A stretch of DNA of 64,000 bases from positions 52,886,001-52,950,000 of the forward strand of contig OZ024746.1 of assembly GCA_964016885.1 (NCBI GenBank), in the 5' to 3' direction. A program made the translations under genes and the position numbers. This DNA is from Eledone cirrhosa (Eukaryota). Each line of letters begins with the position of its first letter. The first letter of the stretch is position 1. Below the pieces are notes generated by a model, which did no database searches, was not told where the DNA came from, and was given only the letters and a program-made list of their open reading frames with translations. Below, piece by piece: positions 14,601-25,689 of this stretch.

Positions 14601-17600
14601 GAGATGGTAGTGTTGTTGTTGTTGTTATTGTAGTTAGAGGTTGCTGAGATGGTAGTGTTGTTGTTGTTATTCTAGTTAGTTGTTGCTGTGATGGTAGTGT
14701 TGTTGTTGTTGTTATTGTAGTTAGAGTTTGCTGATATGGTAGTATTGTTGTTGTTGTTATTGTAGTTAGTGGTTGCTGAGATGGTAGTGTTGTTGTTGTT
14801 GTTATTGTAGTTAGAGGTTGCTGAGATGGTAGTGTTGTTGTTGTTATTCTAGTTAGTTGTTGCTGTGATGGTAGTGTTGTTGTTGTTGTTATTGTAGTTA
14901 GTGATTTCTGTGATGGTAGTGTTGTTGTTGTTGTTATTGTAGTTAGAGCTTGCTGAGATGGTAGTGTTGTTGTTGTTATTGTAGTTAGTGGTTTCTGTGA
15001 TGGTAGTGTTGTTGTTGTTATTGTAGTTAGTGGTTGCTGAGATGGTAGTGTTGTTGTTGTTGTTATTGTAGTTAGAGGTTGCTGTGATGGTAGTGTTGTT
15101 GTTGTTGTTATTGTAGTTAGTGGTTTCTGTGATGGTAGTGTTGTTGTTGTTGTTATTGTAGTTAGTGGTTTCTGTGATGGTAGTGTTGTTGTTGTTATTC
15201 TAGTTAGTGGTTGCTGTGATGGTAGTGTTGTTGTTGTTGTTATTGTAGTTAGTGGTTGCTGAGATGTTAGTGTTGTTGTTGTTGTTATTGTAGTTAGAGG
15301 TTGCTGTGATGGTAGTGTTGTTGTTGTTGTTATTGTAGTTAGTGGTTTCTGTGATGGTAGTGTTGTTGTTGTTGTTATTGTAGTTAGTGGTTGCTGAGAT
15401 AATAGTTTTGTTTTTGTTGTTATTGTAGTTAGTGGTTGCTGAGATGGTAGTGTTGTTGTTGTTGTTATTGTAGTTAGTGGTTTTTGTGATGGTAGTGTTG
15501 TTGTTGTTGTTATTGTAGTTAGTGGTTGCTGTGATGGTAGTGTTGTTGTTGTTATTGTAGTTAGTGGTTGCTGAGATGGTAGTGTTGTTGTTGTTGTTAT
15601 TGTAGTTAGTGGTTGCAGAGATGGTAGTGTTGTTGTTGTTGTTATTCTAGTTAGTGGTTGCTGTGATGGTAGTGTTGTTGTTGTTGTTGTTATTGTAGTT
15701 AGTGGTTTTTGTGATGGTAGTGTTGTTGTTGTTGTTATTCTAGTTAGTGGTTGCTGTGATGGTAGTGTTGTTGTTGTTGTTATTGTAGTTAGTGGTTTCT
15801 GTGATGGTAGTGTTGTTGTTGTTATTGTAGTTAGTGGTTGCTGAGATGGTAGTGTTGTCGTTGTTGTTATTGTAGTTAGTGGTTGCTGTGATGGTAGTGT
15901 TGTTGTTGTTGTTATTGTAGTTAGAGGTTGCTGAGATGGTAGTGTTGTCGTTGTTGTTATTGTAGTTAGTGGTTGCTGAGATGGTAGTGTTGTTGTTGTT
16001 GTTATTGTAGTTAGAGGTTGCTGAGATGGTAGTGTTGTTGTTGTTATTCTAGTTAGTGGTTGCTGTGATGGTAGTGTTGTTGTTATTATTGTAGTTAGAG
16101 GTTGCTGAGATGGTAGTGTTGTTGTTGTTATTCTAGTTAGTGGTTGCTGTGATGGTAGTGTTGTTGTTGTTGTTATTGTAGTTAGTGGTTTCTGTGATGG
16201 TAGTGTTGTTGTTGTTATTGTAGTTAGAGATTGCTGAGATGGTAGTGTTGTTGTTGTTGTTAGTGGTTGCTGTGATGTTAGTGTTGTTGTTGTTATTGTA
16301 GTTAGTGGTTGTTGTGATGGTAATGTTGTTGTTGTTGTTATTGTAGTTAGTGGTTGTTGTGATGGTAGTGTTATGTTGTTGTTGTAGTTAGTGGTTGATG
16401 TGATGGTAGTGTTGTTATTGTTATTGTTGTTAGTGGTTGTTGTGATGGTAGTGTTGTTGTTGTTGTTGTAGTTAGTGGTTGATGTGATTGTAGTGTTCTT
16501 GTTGTTATTGTAGTTAGTGGTTGTTGTGATGGTAGTGTTGTTGTTGTTGTTGTAGTTAGTGGTTGATGTGATGGTAGTGTTGTTGTTGTTATTGTAGTTA
16601 GTGGTTGTTCTGATGGTAGTGTTGTTGTTGTTGTTATTGTAGTTATTGGTTTCTGTGATGGTAGTGTTGTAGTTGTTGTTATTGTAGTTAGAGGTTGCTG
16701 AGATGGTAGTGTTGTTGTTGTTGTTATTGTAGTTAGTGGTTGCTGAGATGGTAGTGTTGTTGTTGTTGTTATTGTAGTTAGTGGTTGCTGAGATGGTAGT
16801 GTTGTTGTTGTTGTTATTTTAGTTAGTGGTTGCTGTGATTGTAGTGTTGTTGTTGTTGTTATTGTAGTTAGAGGTTGCTGAGATGGTAGTGTTGTTGTTG
16901 TTGTTATTGTAGTTACTGGTTGCTGAGATGGTAGTGTTGTTGTTATTATTGTAGTTAGAGGTTTCTGTGATGGTAGTGTTGTTGTTGTTATTGTAGTTAG
17001 TGGTTGGTGAGATGGTAGTGTTGTCGTTGTTGTTATTGTAGTTAGTGGTTGCTGTGATGGTAGTGTTGTTGTTGTTGTTATTGTAGTTAGAGGTTGCTGA
17101 GATGGTAGTGTTGTCGTTGTTGTTATTGTAGTTAGTGGTTGCTGAGATGGTAGTGTTGTTGTTGTTGTTATTGTAGTTACTGGTTGCTGAGATGGTAGTG
17201 TTGTTGTTGTTGTTATTGTAGTTAGAGGTTGCTGAGATGTTAGTGTTGTTGTTGTTATTCTAGTTAGTGGTTGCTGTGATGGTAGTGTTGTTGTTATTAT
17301 TGTAGTTAGAGGTTTCTGTGATGGTAGTGTTGTTGTTGTTATTGTAGTTAGTGGTTGCTGAGATGGTAGTGTTGTCGTTGTTGTTATTGTAGTTAGTGGT
17401 TGCTGTGATGGTAGTGTTGTTGTTGTTGTTATTGTAGTTAGAGGTTGCTGAGATGGTAGTGTTGTCGTTGTTGTTATTGTAGTTAGTGGTTGCTGAGATG
17501 GTAGTGTTGTTGTTGTTGTTATTGTAGTTACTGGTTGCTGAGATGGTAGTGTTGTTGTTGTTGTTATTGTAGTTAGAGGTTGCTGAGATGTTAGTGTTGT

Positions 17601-17690
17601 TGTTGTTATTCTAGTTAGTGGTTGCTGTGATGGTAGTGTTGTTGTTATTATTGTAGTTAGAGGTTTCTGTGATGGTAGTGTTGTTGTTGT
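5625..17690. repeat. Tandem ~6.1-kb higher-order duplication (copy A ~5625-11761, copy B ~11762-17690)
   Basis: Rare markers recur at a constant offset of 6137: GGCTGC 5688/11825, TCTGTAATGG 6001/12138, GACATGG 7357/13494, and identical ORFs at 6831/12968. The offset then shifts: GCCTGC 8061/14153 (6092), AGAGATTGC 10131/16226 and TGTTCTGATG 10511/16606 (6095). Boundaries are approximate. Confidence 0.93.
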
Positions 17691-18130
17691 TATTGTAGTT
17701 AGTGGTTGCTGAGATGGTAGTGTTGTCGTTGTTGTTATTGTAGTTAGTGGTTGCTGTGATGGTAGTGTTGTTGTTGTTGTTATTGTAGTTAGAGGTTGCT
17801 GAGATGGTAGTGTTGTCGTTGTTGTTATTGTAGTTAGTGGTTGCTGAGATGGTAGTGTTGTTGTTGTTGTTATTGTAGTTACTGGTTGCTGAGATGGTAG
17901 TGTTGTTGTTGTTGTTATTGTAGTTAGAGGTTGCTGAGATGTTAGTGTTGTTGTTGTTATTCTAGTTAGTGGTTGCTGTGATGGTAGTGTTGTTGTTATT
18001 ATTGTAGTTAGAGGTTTCTGTGATGGTAGTGTTGTTGTTGTTATTGTAGTTAGTGGTTGCTGAGATGGTAGTGTTGTCGTTGTTGTTATTGTAGTTAGTG
18101 GTTGCTGTGATGGTAGTGTTGTTGTTGTTG
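16940..18130. repeat. 351-bp (8-monomer) higher-order repeat, about 3.3 copies; about 2 copies at ~10970-11710
   Basis: TTACTGG lies at 17177, 17528 and 17879, and at 11211 and 11562 (351 apart). Each has linked GTCGTT, GAGATGTTAG and AGAGGTTTCTG variants. Confidence 0.9.
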
Positions 18131-21100
18131 TTATTGTAGTTAGAGTTTGCTGAGATGGTAGTGTTGTTGTTGTTATTCTAGTTAGTGGTTGCTGTGATGG
18201 TAGTGTTGTTGTTGTTGTTATTGTAGTTAGTGGTTTCTGTGATGGTAGTGTTGTTGTTGTTATTGTAGTTAGAGATTGCTGAGATGGTAGTGTTGTTGTT
18301 GTTGTTAGTGGTTGCTGTGATGTTAGTGTTGTTGTTGTTATTGTAGTTAGTGGTTGTTGTAGTTAGTGGTTGATGTGATGGTAGTGTTGTTATTGTTATT
18401 GTTGTTAGTGGTTGTTGTGATGGTAGTGTTGTTGTTGTTGTTGTAGTTAGTGGTTGATGTGATTGTAGTGTTCTTGTTGTTATTGTAGTTAGTGGTTGTT
18501 GTGATGGTAGTGTTGTTGTTGTTGTTGTAGTTAGTGGTTGATGTGATGGTAGTGTTGTTGTTGTTATTGTAGTTAGTGGTTGATGTGATGGTAGTGTTGT
18601 TAGTGTTATTGTAGTTAGTGGTTGTTGTGATGGTAGTGTTGTTGTTATTGTTATTGTAGTTAGAGATTGCTGTGATGGTAGTGTTGTTGTTGTTATTGTA
18701 GTTAGTGGTTGCTGAGATGGTAGTGTTGTTGTTGTTGTTATTGTAGTTTGTGGTTTCTGTGATGGTAGTGTTGTTGTTGTTGTTATTGTAGTTAGTGGTT
18801 GCTGAGATGGTAGTGTTGTTGTTGTTGTTATTGTAGTTATTGGTTTCTGTGATGGTAGTGTTGTAGTTGTTGTTATTGTAGTTAGAGGTTGCTGAGATGG
18901 TAGTGTTGTTGTTGTTATTATTGTAGTTAGTGGTTGCTGAGATGGTAGTGTTGTTGTTGTTGTTATTGTAGTTAGTGGTTGCTGTGATTGTAGTGTTGTT
19001 GTTGTTGTTGTTGTTATTGTAGTTATAGGTTGCTGAGATGGTAGTGTTGTTGTTGTTGTTATTTTAGTTAGTGGTTGCTGAGATGGTAGTGTTGTTGTTG
19101 TTGTTATTGTAGTTAGTGGTTGCTGAGATGGTAGTGTTGTTGTTGTTGTTATTGTAGTTAGTGGTTGCTGTGATTGTAGTGTTGTTGTTGTTGTTGTTGT
19201 TATTGTAGTTATAGGTTGCTGAGATGGTAGTGTTGTTGTTGTTGTTATTTTAGTTAGTGGTTGCTGAGATGGTAGTGTTGTTGTTGTTGTTATTGTAGTT
19301 AGTGGTTGCTGAGATGGTAGTGTTGTTGTTGTTGTTATTGTAGTTAGTGGTTGCTGAGATGGTAGTGTTGTTGTTGTTGTTATTTTAGTTAGTGGTTGCT
19401 GTGATTGTAGTGTTGTTGTTGTTGTTATTGTAGTTAGAGGTTGCTGAGATGGAAGTGTTGTTGTTGTTGTTATTGTAGTTACTGGTTGCTGAGATGGTAG
19501 TGTTGTTGTTGTTGTTATTGTAGTTAGAGGTTGCTGAGATGTTAGTGTTGTTGTTGTTGTTATTGTAGTTACTGGTTGCTGTGATGGTAGTGTTGTTGTT
19601 ATTATTGTAGTTAGAGGTTGCTGTGATGGTAGTGTTGTTGTTGTTGTTATTGTAGTTAGTGGTTTCTGTGATGGTAGTGTTGTTGTTGTTGTTATTGTAG
19701 TTAGTGGGTGCTGAGATAATAGTGTTGTTGTTGTTGTTATTGTAGTTAGTGGTTGCTGAGATGATAGTGTTGTTGTTGTTATTGTAGTTAGTGGTTGCAG
19801 AGATGGTAGTGTTGTTGTTGTTATTGTAGTTAGTGGTTGCAGAGATGGTAGTGTTGTTGTTGTTGTTATTGTAGTTAGTGGTTGCAGAGATGGTAGTGTT
19901 GTTGTTGTTGTTATTGTAGTTAGTGGTTTTTGTGATGGTAGTGTTGTTGTTGTTGTTATTCTAGTTAGTGGTTGCTGTGATGGTAGTGTTGTTGTTGTTG
20001 TTATTGTAGTTAGTGGTTTCTGTGATGGTAGTGTTGTTGTTGTTATTGTAGTTAGTGGTTGCTGAGATGGTTGTGTTGTTGTTGTTATTGTAGTTAGTGG
20101 TTGCTGAGATGGTAGTGTAGTTGTTGTTGTTATTGTAGTTAGTGGTTGCTGTGATGGTAGTGTTGTTGTTGTTGTTATTGTAGTTAGTGGTTGCTGAGAT
20201 GGTAGTGTTGTTGTTGTTGTTATTGTAGTTAGAGGTTGCTGAGATGGTAGTTTTGTTGTTGTTATTCTAGTTAGTGGTTGCTGTGATGGTAGTGTTGTTG
20301 TTATTATTGTAGTTAGAGGTTGCTGAGATGGTAGTGTTGTTGTTGTTGTTAGTGGTTGCTGTGATGTTAGTGTTGTTGTTGTTATTGTAGTTAGTGGTTG
20401 TTGTGATGGTAATGTTGTTGTTTTTGTTATTGTAGTTAGTGGTTGTTGTGATGGTAGTGTTGTTGTTGTTGTTGTAGTTAGTGGTTGATGTGATGGTAGT
20501 GTTGTTATTGTTATTGTAGTTAGTGGTTGTTGTGATGGTAGTGTTGTTGTTGTTGTTGTAGTTAGTGGTTGATGTGATTGTAGTGTTCTTGTTGTTATTG
20601 TAGTTAGTGGTTGTTGTGATGGTAGTGTTGTTGTTGTTGTTGTAGTTAGTGGTTGATGTGATGGTAGTGTTGTTAGTGTTATTGTAGTTAGTGGTTGTTG
20701 TGATGGTAGTGTTGTTGTTGTCGTTGTAGTTAGTAGTTGTTGTGATGGTAGTGTTGTTGTTATTGTTATTGTAGTTAGAGATTGCTGTGATGGTAATGTT
20801 GTTGTTGTTATTGTAGTTAGTGGTTGCTGAGATGGTAGTGTTGTTGTTGTTTTTATTGTAGTTAGTGGTTGCTGAGATGGTAGTGTTGTTGTTGTTGTTG
20901 TTATTGTAGTTTGTGGTTTCTGTGATGGTAGTGTTGTTGTTGTTGTTATTGTAGTTAGTGGTTGCTGAGATGATAGTGTTGTTGTTGTTGTTATTGTAGT
21001 TAGTGGTTGCTGAGATGGTAGTGTTGTTGTTGTTGTTATTGTAGTTAGTGGTTTTTGTGATGGTAGTGTTGTTGTTGTTGTTATTGTAGTTAGTGGTTTT

Positions 21101-24100
21101 TGTGATGGTAGTGTTGTTGTTGTTGTTATTGTAGTTAGTGGTTGCTGAGATGGTAGTGTTGTTGTTGTTGTTATTGTAGTTAGTGGTTGCTGAGATGGTA
21201 GTGTTGTCGTTGTTGTTATTGTAGTTAGTGGTTGCTGTGATGGTAGTGTTGTTGTTGTTGTTATTGTAGTTAGAGGTTGCTGAGATGGTAGTGTTGTCGT
21301 TGTTGTTATTGTAGGTAGTGGTTGCTGAGATGGTAGTGTTGTTGTTGTTGTTATTGTAGTTAGAGGTTGCTGAGATGGTAGTGTTGTTGTTGTTATTCTA
21401 GTTAGTGGTTGCTGTGATGGTAGTGTTGTTGTTATTATTGTAGTTAGAGGTTGCTGAGATGGTAGTGTTGTTGTTGTTGTTATTGTAGTTAGTGGTTTCT
21501 GTGATGGTAGTGTTGTTGTTGTTATTGTAGTTAGAGATTGCTGAGATGGTAGTGTTGTTGTTGTTGTTAGTGGTTGCTGTGATGTTAGTGTTGTTGTTGT
21601 TATTGTAGTTAGTGGTTGTTGTGATGGTAATGTTGTTGTTGTTGTTATTGTAGTTAGTGGTTGTTGTGATGGTTCTGTTGTTGTTGTTGTTGTAGTTAGT
21701 GGTTGATGTGATGGTAGCGTTGTTATTGTTATTGTAGTTAGTGGTTGTTGTGATGGTAGTGTTGTTGTTGTTGTTGTAGTTAGTGGTTGATGTGATTGTA
21801 GTGTTCTTGTGTTATTGTAGTTAGTGGTTGTTGTGATGGTAGTGTTGTTGTTGTTGTTGTAGTTAGTGGTTGATGTGATGGTAGTGTTGTTGTTGTTATT
21901 GTAGTTAGTGGTTGTTGTGATGGTAGTGTTGTTGTTGTTGTTGTAGTTAGTGGTTGATGTGATGGTAGTGTTGTTAGTGTTATTGTAGTTAGTGGTTGTT
22001 GTGATGGTAGTGTTGTTGTTGTCGTTGTAGTTAGTAGTTGTTGTGATGGTAGTCTTGTTGTTATTGTTATTGTAGTTAGAGATTGCTGTGATGGTAGTGT
22101 TGTTGTTGTTATTGTAGTTAGTGGTTGCTGAGATGGTAGTGTTGTTGTGGTTTTTATTGTAGTTAGTGGTTGCTGAGATGGTAGTGTTGTTGTTGTTGTT
22201 GTTATTGTAGTTTGTGGTTTCTTTGATGGTAGTGTTGTTGTTGTTGTTATTGTAGTTAGTGGTTGCTGAGATGATAGTGTTGTTGTTGTTGTTATTGTAG
22301 TTAGTGGTTTTTGTGATGGTAGTGTTGTTGTTGTTGTTATTGTAGTTATTGGTTGCTGTGATGGTAGTGTTGTTGTTGTTATTGTAGTTAGTGGTTGCTG
22401 AGATGGTAGTGTTGTTGTTGTTGTTATTGTAGTTAGTGGTTGCAGAGATGGTAGTGTTGTTGTTGTTGTTATTCTAGTTAGTGGTTGCTGTGATGGTAGT
22501 GTTGTTGTTGTTGTTATTGTAGTTAGTGGTTTTTGTGATGGTAGTGTTGTTGTTGTTGTTATTCTAGTTAGTGGTTGCTGAGATGGTAGTGTTGTCGTTG
22601 TTGTTATTGTAGTTAGTGGTTGCTGTGATGGTAGTGTTGTTGTTGTTGTTATTGTAGTTAGAGGTTGCTGAGATGGTAGTGTTGTCGTTGTTGTTATTGT
22701 AGTTAGTGGTTGCTGAGATGTTAGTGTTGTTGTTGTTGTTATTGTAGTTAGAGGTTGCTGAGATGGTAGTGTTGTTGTTGTTATTCTAGTTAGTGGTTGC
22801 TGTGATGGTAGTGTTGTTGTTATTATTGTAGTTAGAGGTTGCTGAGATGGTAGTGTTGTTGTTGTTATTCTAGTTAGTGGTTGCTGTGATGGTAGTGTTG
22901 TTGTTGTTGTTATTGTAGTTAGTGGTTTCTGTGATGGTAGTGTTGTTGTTGTTATTGTAGTTAGAGATTGCTGAGATGGTAGTGTTGTTGTTGTTGTTAG
23001 TGGTTGCCGTGATGTTAGGGTTGTTGTTGTTATTGTAGTTAGTGGTTGTTGTGATGGTAGTGTTGTTGTTGTTGTTGTAGTTAGTGGTTGATGTGATGGT
23101 AGTGTTGTTATTGTTATTGTAGTTAGTGGTTGTTGTGATGGTAGTGTTGTTGTTGTTGTTGTAGTTAGTGGTTGAGGTGATTGTAGTGTTCTTGTTGTTA
23201 TTGTAGTTAGTGGTTGTTGTGATGGTAGTGTTGTTGTTGTTGTTGTAGTTAGTGGTTGATGTGATCATAGTGTTGTTAGTGTTATTGTAGTTAGTGGTTG
23301 TTGTGATGGTAGTGTTGTTGTTGTCGTTGTAGTTAGTAGTTGTTGTGATGGTAGTGTCGTTGTTATTGTTATTGTAGTTAGAGATTGCTGTGATGGTAGT
23401 GTTGTTGTTGTTATTGTAGTTAGTGGTTGCTGAGATGGTAGTGTTGTTGTTGTTGTTATTGTAGTTAGTGGTTGCTGTGATTGTAGTGTTGTTGTTGTTG
23501 TTATTGTAGTTAGAGGTTGCTGAGATGGTAGTGTTGTTGTTGTTGTTATTGTAGTTAGTGGTTGCTGAGATGGTAGTGTTGTTGTTGTTGTTATTGTAGT
23601 TAGTGGTTGCTGAGATGGTAGTGTTGTTGTTGTTGTTATTGTAGTTAGTGGTCGCTGTGATTGTAGTGTTGTTGTTGTTGTTATTGTAGTTAGAGGTTGC
23701 TGAGATGGTAGTGTTGTTGTTGTTGTTATTGTAGTTAGTGGTTGCTGAGATGGTAGTGTTGTTGTTGTTATTGTAGTTAGAGGTTGCTGAGATGGTAGTG
23801 TTGTTGTTGTTATTCTAGTTAGTGGTTGCTGTGATGGTAGTGTTGTTGTTATTATTGTAGTTAGAGGTTGCTGAGATGGTAGTGTTGTTGTTGTTATTCT
23901 AGTTAGTGGTTGCTGTGATGGTAGTGTTGTTGTTGTCATTGTAGTTAGAGGTTGCTGTAATGGTAGTGTTGTTGTTGTTGTTATTGTAGTTAGTGGTTGC
24001 TGTTATGGTAGTGTTGTTGTTGTTATTCTAGTTAGTGGTTGCTGTGATGGTAGTGTTGTTGTTGTTGTTATTGTAGTTAGAGGTTGCTGAGATGGTAGTG

Positions 24101-25689
24101 TTGTTGTTGTTGTTATTGTAGTTAGTGGTTGCTGAGATGGTAGTGTTGTTGTTGTTGTTATTGTAGTTAGAGGTTGCTGAGATGGTAGTATTGTTGTTGT
24201 TATTCTAGTTAGTGGTTGCTGTTATGGTATTGTTGTTGTTGTTAATGTAGTTAGAGATTGCTGAGATGGTAGTGTTGTTGTTGTTGTTAGTGGTTGCTGT
24301 GATGTTAGTGTTGTTGTTGTTATTGTAGTTAGTGGTTGCTGTGATGCTAGTGTTGTTGTTATTGTTATTGTAGTTAGTGGTTGTTGTGATGGTAGTGTTG
24401 TTGTTGTTGTTGTAGTTAGTGGTTGATGTGATGGTAGTGTTGTTATTGTTATTGTAGTTAGTGGTTGTTGTGATGGTAGTGTTGTTGTTGTTGTTGTTGT
24501 AGTTAGTGGTTGCTGTTATGGTAGTGTTGTTGTTGTTATTCTAGTTAGTGGTTGCTGTGATGGTAGTGTTGTTGTTGTTATTGTAGTTAGTGGTTGTTTT
24601 GATGGTAGTGTTGTTGTTGTTGTTATTGTAGTTAGTGGTTGCTGAGATGGTAGTGTTGTTGTTGTTGTTATTGTAGTTAGTGGTTGCTGAGATGGTAGTG
24701 TTGTTGTTGTTGTTATTGTAGTTAGTGGTTGCTGTAATGGTAGTGTTGTTGTTGTTGTTATTGTAGTTAGTGGTTGCTGTTATGGTAGTGTTGTTGTTGT
24801 TATTCTAGTTAGTGGTTGCTGTGATGGTAGTGTTGTTGTTGTTGTTATTGTAGTTAGTGGTTTCTGTGATGGTAGTGTTGTTGTTGTTATTATAGTTAGT
24901 GGTTGCTGTTATGGTAGTGTTGTTGTTGTTGTTGTTGTTGTTAGTGGTTGCTGTGATGTTAGTGTTGTTGTTATTGTAGTTAGTGGTTGCTGTGATGCTA
25001 GTGTTGTTGTTATTGTTATTGTAGTTAGTGGTTTTTGTGATGGTAGTGTTGTTGTTGTTGTTATTGTAGTTAGTGGTTGCTGTGATGGTAGTGTTGTTGT
25101 TGTTATTGTAGTTAGAGGTTGCTGTGATGGTAGTGTTGTTGTTGTTGTTATTGTAGTTAGTGGTTGCTGAGATAATAGTGTTGTTGTTGTTGTTATTGTA
25201 GTTAGTGGTTGCTGAGATGGTAGTGTTGTTGTTGTTATTGTAGTTAGTGGTTGCTGAGATGGTAGTGTTGTTGTTGTTGTTATTGTAGTTAGTGGTTTCT
25301 GTGATGGTAGTGTTGTTGTTGTTGTTATTGTAGTTAGTGGTTGCTGAGATAATAGTGTTGTTGTTGTTGTTATTGTAGTTAGTGGTTGCTGAGATGGTAG
25401 TGTTGTTGTTTTTATTGTAGTTAGTGGTTGCTGAGATGGTAGTGTTGTTGTTGTTATTGTAGTTAGAGGTTGCTGTGATGGTAGTGTTGTTGTTGTTGTT
25501 ATTGTAGTTAGTGGTTGCTGAGATAATAGTGTTGTTGTTGTTGTTATTGTAGTTAGTGGTTGCTGAGATGGTAGTGTTGTTGTTGTTATTGTAGTTAGTG
25601 GTTGCTGAGATGGTAGTGTTGTTGTTGTTGTTATTGTAGTTAGTGGTTTCTGTGATGGTAGTGTTGTTGTTGTTGTTATTGTAGTTAGT

